Shown: positions 1 through 9,057 of the stretch, one piece after another
Layout: every line of letters begins with the position of its first letter
Position numbering within the stretch: position 1 is the first letter of the stretch
Virus record (IMG/VR): IMGVR_UViG_3300042400_000613
Location: 1-64,000 of that record
Source of the DNA: a virus
DNA: 64,000 nt
Strand: one strand, 5' to 3'
Notes under the pieces: generated by a model
The model's database searches: none
The model's input: the letters and a program-made list of their open reading frames with translations, nothing else
Told to the model about the DNA's origin: nothing
Program-made: the position numbers and the translations under genes

Positions 1-2
1 CT

Positions 3-2927
3 AGTGCTAGACAAAATGCTATTGATCAAGCTACTAGTAATTATAGGAACGGTAATATCCCTTATACAGTAGGAGTAAATTCTCCCGCACCTTTGTTAAC
101 ATGCTTTACTCCGGACTTTGGAAATCTTGGTGGTATTGGAGAAATAGTACAATCTACAACTTCTACTGTATATATAACATACTGTAATGGTACAACTCCA
201 ATTTTTAGTAGAGACACTATAACTTATACAGATTTAAATGACAGATCCGTCAAGATAAGAGGCATACAAAGATCTTTGGAAGATTTAGGTTTTACAGAAG
301 TATCTGTAACTTTATCTCCCGCATCCCCATCTTCTTGTGTACCTCTAATCCCACCACCGGAAGGACCTACTGGACCAGGTCCCTCACCGGGAGGACCTAC
401 TGGACCAGGTCCTTCTACAGTAACGTTAAATGCTTCTTTTTGCGGTCCGCAGGGACCTGATAGCTCTTCATTTGGTCAAGTTAATGTTCAGTTTAGAGAT
501 AGCATTGCCGCTACATATAAAGCACAATTAGAAAGAAACGGAAATACTAGTGTAGTAACTGCTTTTGATTCTATCCCTCCATTACCTACTAATTGTCCTT
601 CTATTAGTGGAGGAGGAGGAGGCCCACTCCCTCCTTCACCACCCTCTAATATTACTTTATCGGAAGAGCTAAGAGCTTCTGGCTGTTTAAATGGAGCGGT
701 TAGAAGAACTTTTAAGAGAATTGAAATTGAAGCAGCTTCTGGAACTACTAAAACTTCTGAATTTTTTAGAGATTTTCTATCTATTCAAACTGTATTATTT
801 AGAAATCAACTATTAACCGAAGGTTATACTAATTTGAGTATAACAACTAGCCCTAACCTTCCGCAAGATTCAGATTGTACAACAGCAGAAAATAATAACA
901 CAACATCTGCAATACCTCAAGTATTAGCCGCCGTACAATTTCAAGAGTGCGATGGATCTATCGTTAACCTAAGTAATTCTATAGCCCCGCCTGCTCCTTC
1001 TGTTAATATTAACGGAATTGGAATTTCATTAGATACAATAAACAAAGGAATATTAGGAGATTTTGCGTACACCTATAAAACAGCTACAAGTACTGTATTT
1101 TCAAAACCGGGTACATATACTGTAACTTTTGGAAACATTTCAGGTTGGAAAACTCCTTCTCCGGTAACATTTAATTTAAATTCAGTTAATGAATACGGAG
1201 GTGGAAATGCGGGAGCTGGAATTTATGTGAGATTAAATTGTGTAGAAACTACAACTATAGCTCAAATTCAAGCCGCTGTACAATTTCAAGAATGTGATGG
1301 TACAATATTGAATTTAAGAAATTCTAACAGACCTCCCGCTCCCTCACTGACAATAAATGGTAAAAATTTACCATTAGATAGATTTGGTCCGACAACTTAT
1401 GAATCCTTTATACTAGGAGATAATGCCTATATATATCGAGAATTAACTAGTTTAATATACTCAACACCAGGAACGTATACTGTAAACTTTGGAGACGTTC
1501 TAGGTTGGGTAACTCCAAATCCTGCATCTTTCACGCTAAATTCAAATAAAGAGTCTAAAGGAGGGAATGAAGCGATTAGGATATATCTGCGTGCCGGATG
1601 TTCTGAACCTCCCCCTCCACCACCTCCCGTACCTCCCGGCCCCGGCCCAACTAGTCCCGGCCCAACTGGTCCCGGTCCAACTGGTCCCGGTCCAACTCCA
1701 CCCCCTCCTCCCACTACAACTACTACGACATTAAGGATTCCAGATTCTAATTGGCTAAAAAGGATAAACCCAATAGACAATAAAAAATATGTATTTGATA
1801 TTACAGAAGGTTTATTTTCTAATAATGTAAGAAATTTAGTTACTTTCTTTACAGGTAGTACTTCTGAGAATTATAGTAGATATTATACACATGTATATGA
1901 TGAAAATCCTAAAACATCATTAACATCATCTATTCAATTTAGCATAGCCTATGGTCATAGTGGAGGTTCCGGATCTTTAGACGAAGGGAATAAAATTAAT
2001 ATAACTCCTACTAGAGCTATTTATAGCCAGTATAGAAATTTAGTTTTAGGTAAACCTGATGTTAAATTTAATCTTACAGGAAAAGAAACTGATAGTATAT
2101 ATGTTATAAATTATCAGTCGAAGAGATTGAAAGATAGGTTAGATGCAGGTGTTTTAGAACTAAATATTGCACATCTATCCGGATCTAGATTCTTGGCAGG
2201 TGGAGGAACTAGAGCTACACACACCGGCTCTAATGTAAAATTAGCAGGTACTAATAGAGTTCTTAGATTGATAGACGATTCTAAAATAAATATAAATCCA
2301 GACTATACAGATGTAGGATATTCTTATAATATAGTTTCAGGAACTTTAGAAACAGGAGTTTATAATGAATCTAATCCTCATTATTACGGCAAACTAATTC
2401 CATCTCTAGGTATAGCTATTTTGGACGGAAATAAATTAGACTTATCTGCATCTTTTGCAACATCTAATGCATCGGAAATTGAAGGATATAATGCAATTAA
2501 GTTATATAAATCATTTTCCGGATCTGCATTAGTACAAGATATTAGCGGGGATTATTTAGGAATGAAAGCTAGAAGAGTAATCAGAGAATACAACGATTAC
2601 TATTTTATCCGAATCAATAACAAAGAATTTAATTTTACAAATAATAACAGTTACTTTATTTACAATAAGAAAGAGGATTCTAGAAGACCGGGAGACTTAT
2701 CTATGCCATTAGACCCTAATTCACCAGAAGGTATGGAACTTACCAAAAGACTTACAGAAACCAATGGAGAAATTTATGAGAATTTTGTAAATAATCCTCA
2801 AGTTTATATCACTACAGTAGGTCTTTATAATGCTCAAAGAGAACTTGTTGCAGTAGGTAAATTAGCTAAACCCATACTAAAAAACTTTACAGAAGAATCT
2901 ATATTTACTGTAAAACTTAAGTATTAA
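3..2927 (+). CDS. Virion structural (baseplate/tail-associated) protein with Pro-rich linkers and a tandemly duplicated beta-rich domain; 5'-truncated by the window edge
   Basis: Frame is open from position 3 (SARQNAIDQATSNYRNGNIPYTVGVNSPAPLLTC...), so the listed TTG start at 93 is probably internal. C-terminus VYITTVGLYNAQRELVAVGKLAKPI...VKLKY resembles tail-collar/baseplate C-termini and is shared with the next gene. Confidence 0.6.
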   Translation, partial: SARQNAIDQATSNYRNGNIPYTVGVNSPAPLLTCFTPDFGNLGGIGEIVQSTTSTVYITYCNGTTPIFSRDTITYTDLNDRSVKIRGIQRSLEDLGFTEVSVTLSPASPSSCVPLIPPPEGPTGPGPSPGGPTGPGPSTVTLNASFCGPQGPDSSSFGQVNVQFRDSIAATYKAQLERNGNTSVVTAFDSIPPLPTNCPSISGGGGGPLPPSPPSNITLSEELRASGCLNGAVRRTFKRIEIEAASGTTKTSEFFRDFLSIQTVLFRNQLLTEGYTNLSITTSPNLPQDSDCTTAENNNTTSAIPQVLAAVQFQECDGSIVNLSNSIAPPAPSVNINGIGISLDTINKGILGDFAYTYKTATSTVFSKPGTYTVTFGNISGWKTPSPVTFNLNSVNEYGGGNAGAGIYVRLNCVETTTIAQIQAAVQFQECDGTILNLRNSNRPPAPSLTINGKNLPLDRFGPTTYESFILGDNAYIYRELTSLIYSTPGTYTVNFGDVLGWVTPNPASFTLNSNKESKGGNEAIRIYLRAGCSEPPPPPPPVPPGPGPTSPGPTGPGPTGPGPTPPPPPTTTTTTLRIPDSNWLKRINPIDNKKYVFDITEGLFSNNVRNLVTFFTGSTSENYSRYYTHVYDENPKTSLTSSIQFSIAYGHSGGSGSLDEGNKINITPTRAIYSQYRNLVLGKPDVKFNLTGKETDSIYVINYQSKRLKDRLDAGVLELNIAHLSGSRFLAGGGTRATHTGSNVKLAGTNRVLRLIDDSKININPDYTDVGYSYNIVSGTLETGVYNESNPHYYGKLIPSLGIAILDGNKLDLSASFATSNASEIEGYNAIKLYKSFSGSALVQDISGDYLGMKARRVIREYNDYYFIRINNKEFNFTNNNSYFIYNKKEDSRRPGDLSMPLDPNSPEGMELTKRLTETNGEIYENFVNNPQVYITTVGLYNAQRELVAVGKLAKPILKNFTEESIFTVKLKY
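912..1601 (+). repeat. Two tandem ~110-aa internal protein repeats
   Basis: IPQVLAAVQFQECDGSIVNL...PGTYTVTFGNISGWKTPSP...IYVRLNC (from 912) versus IAQIQAAVQFQECDGTILNL...PGTYTVNFGDVLGWVTPNP...IYLRAGC (from 1257). Confidence 0.9.
1602..1730 (+). repeat. Pro/Gly/Thr low-complexity linker (SEPPPPPPPVPPGPGPTSPGPTGPGPTGPGPTPPPPPTTTTTT) with 15-nt repeats
   Basis: Read directly; ccaactggtcccggt-type 15-mer units. Related PGGPTGPGPS units occur at about 352-420. Confidence 0.9.
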
Positions 2928-2928
2928 T

Positions 2929-4584
2929 ATGAGTACATTCGCGCCAATAAGAGGTGAGGATTTTAATATTGCCCCGTTTGAAGTAAACAAGGAGTATTAT
3001 ATCCTCACCGGAAGTTATTCAAAACAAGGTTATCAAGTACAGCAAGGTCTTTACTATAAAGGCCCTATTCATATCAGTTCATCAAAAGATATCACTTATC
3101 CTAAAAATACAGATGGGTCTTATAAGTATATTGTTTATAATTCACTAAACCACTTGTATTATAAGAGAGGTTTTGCATGGGCTAATTCTTTAGAGGGATG
3201 GGACAGAAATAGAACTACTAAGAATTTATTTTTAACAGCTAGTTTACTTTCTATTCCTTCTTTAAATTACGGAGACAAGATTAAAGAAACCACATTATAT
3301 TTAAAAGGACTAAACAACAATGTACTTTTAGTAGACGATGGACACAATAACTTATATGACAAGAATATAAACACAGGCTCTTTCTTAGACTCAAATAACC
3401 TATGTGGATATTGGGGATTCCAGGATGCGCATAAAGTTTATAGGTACGGCAGAGGAGGAAAAAAGACTTTGTTTATAAGATACGAAAGCGAAGTAATTGA
3501 ACCACAAGAAAAATCAAAATCATATCAAGTAGCCTATTCAAGTGGTATTCCTATTAACGGAACTAGAACAGGATTAGCTGCGGAATTTTATGGGGATGGT
3601 TATATTCACACTAAAAACTTTGACACGGTTAGCTTTGAGTCAGCAGACAATTTCACCATAAGTTTTTGGTTAAAGGCACCGGTATCTCAAAGCGTATTAA
3701 CTAGTAATAAAAATACAATACTTGACAAAAAATCCATATTATACAGAGAAGAATTCGGAAGATTAAAAAGAGTAAATAAAGGGAATCTAGTAGTAACCGA
3801 TGTTTTTTCATCTTCTTCCTTTAAATACTACCCAGTAGATTACTACCCTTATGAGTTTTCGGTACATAATCACACCCATCCACAACCAGGAAAACTATCT
3901 TTTAGTAGATCAGATGGGTTTTCAACATTGCAATTAACATCTTCCAATTCCATTTTAGATAATAATTTTCATCATGTATGCTTAGTAAAAACAGGTTCAA
4001 ATGTTAGATTATATGTTGATGGAGCATTAAATTCATCGAGAGCAGATGTCAAAGATGAAACTGTCAATGTAAGTGATATAATGATAGGAGCATCTTCTTT
4101 TGATGGAAGAAATGGATATACAGGACTTATTGATGAATTAAGATTTTATAATAAAGCAGCAACATCTCAAAATGTAGCAAGTCTTTACAATACATCTTCT
4201 ATCTCATGTTATCAGACAAGTAGAGTAGGAAACGTATTTTATAGAACAGGTAACTTAGTAATTACAAGTTTAGATAAAAAATATCATGAAATTTTATCTA
4301 ATAATTGGTTGCTATATTATAAAAATAGCTTAACTTTGTATGAGTTTGAGATGTTATGTAGAATTAAGAGAGGTGATTTTAATCTAACATTGAACCCTTC
4401 CTCTACTAAAACTGTTAAGAGTGCAGAGTATTTAGATGATTTCACAGGTTCTTTATCTCCTTACATAACTACCATCGGCTTGTATAACAAATCTAACGAA
4501 CTAATTGCAGTAGGTAAAATGGGACAAGCGATAAAGAAAAGAGATGATGTAGATTTAAATGTTATTGTAAAATTTGATTATTGA
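2929..4584 (+). CDS. Structural protein with LamG/concanavalin-A-like domain
   Basis: LamG hallmarks NFTISFWLK, NNFHHVCLVKTGSNVRLYVDG and GLIDELRFYNKA. C-terminus PYITTIGLYNKSNELIAVGKMGQAIKKRDDVDLNVIVKFDY is paralogous to the upstream gene. Confidence 0.75.
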   Translation: MSTFAPIRGEDFNIAPFEVNKEYYILTGSYSKQGYQVQQGLYYKGPIHISSSKDITYPKNTDGSYKYIVYNSLNHLYYKRGFAWANSLEGWDRNRTTKNLFLTASLLSIPSLNYGDKIKETTLYLKGLNNNVLLVDDGHNNLYDKNINTGSFLDSNNLCGYWGFQDAHKVYRYGRGGKKTLFIRYESEVIEPQEKSKSYQVAYSSGIPINGTRTGLAAEFYGDGYIHTKNFDTVSFESADNFTISFWLKAPVSQSVLTSNKNTILDKKSILYREEFGRLKRVNKGNLVVTDVFSSSSFKYYPVDYYPYEFSVHNHTHPQPGKLSFSRSDGFSTLQLTSSNSILDNNFHHVCLVKTGSNVRLYVDGALNSSRADVKDETVNVSDIMIGASSFDGRNGYTGLIDELRFYNKAATSQNVASLYNTSSISCYQTSRVGNVFYRTGNLVITSLDKKYHEILSNNWLLYYKNSLTLYEFEMLCRIKRGDFNLTLNPSSTKTVKSAEYLDDFTGSLSPYITTIGLYNKSNELIAVGKMGQAIKKRDDVDLNVIVKFDY

Positions 4585-4585
4585 T

Positions 4586-5011
4586 ATGGCGGGATTTTTT
4601 AACAATTCATTTAAGACTAGACTAGCACAGAAAGAAGGTTATAGATCTAATTTCGAGAAGTCAATTGCTTTACAAATATCAGGATCTTTGGGAGTAGACC
4701 CTAAAGATTTATATGAGAAAAAAGTTATTAAGTATATAAAACCAGAAACTCCTAGAACTTATTTAGCAGATTTTGAGTTACCTAATAATATCATCATAGA
4801 AGCTAAAGGAAGATGGACTTTAGAGGAACGAAAAAAGATGATGGACATTATTTCATGTAACCCTCATTTAGATATTAGGATTGTATTCCAGGATCCCCAT
4901 GTTAGAATTTCAAAAGGAGCTAAGACTACTTACGCCGAGTGGTGCAATAAACACAATATAAAATGGGCGGCTTATTCGATACCTAAGCAATGGTTTGAAG
5001 AAAAAAAATAA
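4586..5011 (+). CDS. T7 endonuclease I-like Holliday junction resolvase (PD-(D/E)XK)
   Basis: GYRSNFEKSIA, RTYLADFELPNNIIIEAKGRW, HLDIRIVFQ and TTYAEWCNKH match the T7 gp3 pattern. ATG at 4586 preferred to TTG at 4574. Confidence 0.85.
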   Translation: MAGFFNNSFKTRLAQKEGYRSNFEKSIALQISGSLGVDPKDLYEKKVIKYIKPETPRTYLADFELPNNIIIEAKGRWTLEERKKMMDIISCNPHLDIRIVFQDPHVRISKGAKTTYAEWCNKHNIKWAAYSIPKQWFEEKK

Positions 5012-5017
5012 CTATAT

Positions 5018-5926
5018 ATGCGTTTTAGATTATTATCGGTTTTAGAGGAAGTGCTAGGTTCTTCGGAATCAGCGGGTAAATCAGACATTGTATTTCACTG
5101 CCCCTTCTGTAATCACCACAAAAAGAAGTTAAGTGTAAATTTAACCAATCAGAAGTACCATTGTTGGATTTGCGAAACTAAAGGGAGAAGTATAACTAAC
5201 CTTTTCTACAAATATGGTGCAACAAAGAATCAAATTGATCAACTTAGGAATGTTTTAGAGTATTATCAAATGAAAGATGATACTAACGAAGAAATCGCCA
5301 ATACTTTATTGAAGTTGCCCGATGAATATGTATCACTACACAAGGTGCCTCACAAATCCGTATTGAACTTCTTAAGGAGGTTTAAGCCCTCCTTCACAAC
5401 TCACGACATAGTAAGACATAAGGTTGGGTACTGCTTAACAGGCAAGTACGCAGGAAGAATTATTTTGCCGTCCTATGATAAAAATGGTACACTTAATTTT
5501 TTTGAAGGGAGAGATTTTACAGGTCTTTCTCCTTACAAATATTTAGGCGCCCCTGTCAAGATAAATGATATTATAGTCAATGAATTTTTCCTAGATTTTA
5601 AATTCCCCATAGTTATCGTAGAGGGCTTTTTCGACAGCGTATCGGTAAAAAGGAATGTGACTTATTTAACAGGAAGTATAATATCAGAGAAGTTAAAACA
5701 TAGACTACTCATGGAAGAAACTCCTTTAGTATATATTGCTATTGACCCGGATAAAAAGAAACAAGCGATAAAGTATTGTTTGGAATTAGGAGCCATCGGT
5801 ATTCCTACCAAACTAGTTGACTTGGGGACAAAAGATCCTAGTGATTTAGGATATGATGATACATGGCATGCTATAGAAGGAGCAGTTGAAATTAATGAGT
5901 ATTCAGCAATAACAAATTTACTATGA
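5018..5926 (+). CDS. DNA primase (CHC2 zinc finger + TOPRIM)
   Basis: FHCPFCNHH...YHCWIC zinc finger; GRIILP; IVIVEGFFD; AIDPD; KDPSD. Confidence 0.85.
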   Translation: MRFRLLSVLEEVLGSSESAGKSDIVFHCPFCNHHKKKLSVNLTNQKYHCWICETKGRSITNLFYKYGATKNQIDQLRNVLEYYQMKDDTNEEIANTLLKLPDEYVSLHKVPHKSVLNFLRRFKPSFTTHDIVRHKVGYCLTGKYAGRIILPSYDKNGTLNFFEGRDFTGLSPYKYLGAPVKINDIIVNEFFLDFKFPIVIVEGFFDSVSVKRNVTYLTGSIISEKLKHRLLMEETPLVYIAIDPDKKKQAIKYCLELGAIGIPTKLVDLGTKDPSDLGYDDTWHAIEGAVEINEYSAITNLL

Positions 5927-8900
5927 TTCTAATAAAGAACACAGGAAGAAAAGTGGATAAGATTTTTCACATTTCAGACATTCATGTTTACAATTATCAA
6001 AGACATGAGGAATACATAGAAGTGTTTGAAAAATTGTATAAAATAATTGAGGAGAGAATGACGCCTAATTCTATTATATTTTTGGGCGGGGATATAGTAC
6101 ATTCAAAAACAAACATGTCTCCAGAATTATTCTCAGTAGTATCTAATCTATTATCTACATTATGTAACATGCTTCCTACCATAGTAATATTAGGAAACCA
6201 TGACTTAAATCTAAATAATAAAACAAGATTAGATGCATTAACTCCCATTATAAATAGTTTAAATTTACCTACATTACATTTCTTGAATGAAACAAATGTA
6301 TATCAATATGAACAAATAGGATTTAGTTTATTACATGTCAAAGATAAAATTGAAAATGTAATCCCCGCGAAATCTTTTGATGCGGAAACAAAGATATTAA
6401 TGTACCATGGACCGGTAAAGAACTCGGCAACAGCATACGGATATCTATTAGAAGGAAATTATTTAGATGTATTAGAACATGCAGATTATGATTACATCTT
6501 ATTGGGAGACATTCATAAACATCAATATCTCAATTTAGAAAAAACAGCAGCTTATCCATCTAGTCTAATACAACAGAACTTTGGAGAAGATTTAACACAT
6601 GGAATTATAGAATGGGATTTAAATAAGAATACAAGTGAGTTCATTAAGATAGCATCTTCAAATGGTTATTATACATTCAAATTGAAAAATGATAAAGTAG
6701 CTGAAAAAATACCTGGAGATTTACCATATAATCTTAATGTAGCTATCACCGCGGAAAATTGTACTCAAGAATTTATAGACTCCTTTTGTTTAGCCTTAGA
6801 GAAAAAATATAATGTTCTTCGTATAAAAAAACCAAAAGTAACTAAATTTATTATAGACAATGGTAAAGGAGAAGTATCACTAGACAAAGAGAACATAATA
6901 AGAGATTTTGAATGGAGACACTCAATGCTAGAAAGATATGTTCAAAACGAGTTAAAACAGGAATACCAAGCGGATAAATTCTTAGACATACACAAAACAG
7001 CATCTTTAGAATTAGATGAGCCTTCCGAGTTTATAGGCGTAACATGGAAGCCTATACGATTTGAATTTTCTAATATGTTTTCCTACGGAGAGGGTAATGT
7101 ATTTAATTTAGGAGAGTTAGGAGGACTGGTTGGATTATTCTCACCAAATGCTTCCGGAAAATCTACTTTATTAGACGCTATGACTTACTGTATTTTTGAT
7201 AAATGTAGTAAGACAAGTAGTGGAGCCGAAGTAATGAATACATCTTCTGATTTCTTTTCCTGTAAATTAGAATTATCCGTTGCAGGAGAGTCTTATTTTA
7301 TAGAGCGTAATGGCAAGAAAGGAAAAGATGGAAAAGTAAAAGTTATCGTTAATTTCTATAAAGAGGATGGAACTTCTTTAAACGGCGAGCAAAGATATGA
7401 AACAAATGACAGCATTAGAAAGTATCTAGGAAGTTATGAGAATTTCATGCTTATAACAATGTATGACCAACATAATAAATCTGACTTTATTGATAAGACC
7501 CAAAAAGACAAAAAAGATTTATTGTACAAGTATTTTGATATAGACATCTTTGAGAAATTAAATGATACATCTAAAGAGCATCTCAAACAATTAAAATATG
7601 AAATTGAGAATCACCAAAAACAAAAATACAACGAATCTGTAACGGAGTATGAAAATAACATAATAGATATAAAGTCTAAGCTAACACAAGTTGAAACTAG
7701 CTTAGAGTTAAATAAAAAGAGTTCTGATGTCCTGTCCATACAAATAGAAAACAAAAGAAAGGAACTTACTCCATACCCTAAGCAATCTGTAAACTACGCC
7801 ACAAAAATAGACGAGGAGAGCAGAAATGAGGCAACCCTTAGTTCATCCTTAGAAGATAAGAGAAAGTCGTTTGTAGAGGCTAGAAATGCCCTTAAAACGC
7901 ATTTATCCGAATTAGAATCTATGGGAGAAGTAGCTGACGTATCTTCTGATTTAGTTACGATAAGAAAAACATTATCTGATTTTGACAGGGACATTGCAGT
8001 AGCTGAATCTGAAATAAAATCTAGTAGTAAGTTAATAGACCATCTACAAGGTTACGAGCATGATCCCAACTGTGTGTATTGCGTAAAAAACAACAAGTAC
8101 GCATTAGAGGGAGAAAAAGCTAAAAAAGAATATCCGGAGTTACTAAACAAACTAGATAAACTCAAACAAAGTAAAAAAGAATTAGGAGAAAGTGTAAAGA
8201 ATTTAGAAACAGCAGACTCTCTATATAAAAAGTACAAAGATAAGATAAATGAAACAGAAAGATTAAAATCCAACTTGGACAATATAGAAAGCCAAGCAAA
8301 TATTATTAAGGAGAAAATCCAAATCTCAAAAAACTTGATTTTAGATTATTCCGAAAAGCTAAAAGAGCAAGAATCCTACAAAGACATAGAGCAGAAAAAC
8401 GCTGAAATAGATAGCGAAATAGCCAAATTATTAGATGAGAAAAAATTAATAGATGATGCTGTATATCAATTAGCTTATACTATCGGAGGGCATAAATCTA
8501 CAATAACTAGCAATGAATCAAAAATCAAAGACATCAAAATAAAAATTAAAAAGTTTAAGGACGACACTTTAACTTATAATAATTATTTTGTTTTTGAGAA
8601 GGCAACTAGAAGAGATGGAATCCCTCTTTTCATTATTAAAAATTATTTACCTGTATTAGAAAATGTTGTCAATGATGCTCTAAAAAATGTAGCAGCATTC
8701 AATGTTCAATTTGAGTTATCTGATAAAACATTGGAAGTATTTATATCTTATGTAAATGGACCTAAATGGCCTCTATCTTTAGCATCTGGCATGGAAAGAT
8801 TTATATCATCCTTAGCCATAAGAGCAGCATTAAATCATGTTACTGTACTCCCAAAACCTGACTTCTTTTTTATAGATGAAGGATTTGGTGTATTAGATTC

Positions 8901-9054
8901 TGATAATATTGCTAACGTAGGATTATTCTTAGAAGAACTTACTTCATATTTTAGATTTATATTATGCATATCACATTTAGATGTAGTTAAAGATTATGTA
9001 GCAAAGGAACTATTTATTGTAAAGGATAACGGACATTCCCAATTAATATCATAA
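5923..9054 (+). CDS. Fused SbcD/Mre11 nuclease - SbcC/Rad50 ATPase (T4 gp47-gp46-like fusion)
   Basis: Phosphoesterase motifs HISDIH, GGDIVH, GNHD and LGDIH; Walker A PNASGKST; coiled coil with CVYC zinc hook; signature LASGMERF; Walker B FFIDEGFG; H-loop ISH. Confidence 0.9.
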   Translation: MILIKNTGRKVDKIFHISDIHVYNYQRHEEYIEVFEKLYKIIEERMTPNSIIFLGGDIVHSKTNMSPELFSVVSNLLSTLCNMLPTIVILGNHDLNLNNKTRLDALTPIINSLNLPTLHFLNETNVYQYEQIGFSLLHVKDKIENVIPAKSFDAETKILMYHGPVKNSATAYGYLLEGNYLDVLEHADYDYILLGDIHKHQYLNLEKTAAYPSSLIQQNFGEDLTHGIIEWDLNKNTSEFIKIASSNGYYTFKLKNDKVAEKIPGDLPYNLNVAITAENCTQEFIDSFCLALEKKYNVLRIKKPKVTKFIIDNGKGEVSLDKENIIRDFEWRHSMLERYVQNELKQEYQADKFLDIHKTASLELDEPSEFIGVTWKPIRFEFSNMFSYGEGNVFNLGELGGLVGLFSPNASGKSTLLDAMTYCIFDKCSKTSSGAEVMNTSSDFFSCKLELSVAGESYFIERNGKKGKDGKVKVIVNFYKEDGTSLNGEQRYETNDSIRKYLGSYENFMLITMYDQHNKSDFIDKTQKDKKDLLYKYFDIDIFEKLNDTSKEHLKQLKYEIENHQKQKYNESVTEYENNIIDIKSKLTQVETSLELNKKSSDVLSIQIENKRKELTPYPKQSVNYATKIDEESRNEATLSSSLEDKRKSFVEARNALKTHLSELESMGEVADVSSDLVTIRKTLSDFDRDIAVAESEIKSSSKLIDHLQGYEHDPNCVYCVKNNKYALEGEKAKKEYPELLNKLDKLKQSKKELGESVKNLETADSLYKKYKDKINETERLKSNLDNIESQANIIKEKIQISKNLILDYSEKLKEQESYKDIEQKNAEIDSEIAKLLDEKKLIDDAVYQLAYTIGGHKSTITSNESKIKDIKIKIKKFKDDTLTYNNYFVFEKATRRDGIPLFIIKNYLPVLENVVNDALKNVAAFNVQFELSDKTLEVFISYVNGPKWPLSLASGMERFISSLAIRAALNHVTVLPKPDFFFIDEGFGVLDSDNIANVGLFLEELTSYFRFILCISHLDVVKDYVAKELFIVKDNGHSQLIS

Positions 9055-9057
9055 TAA

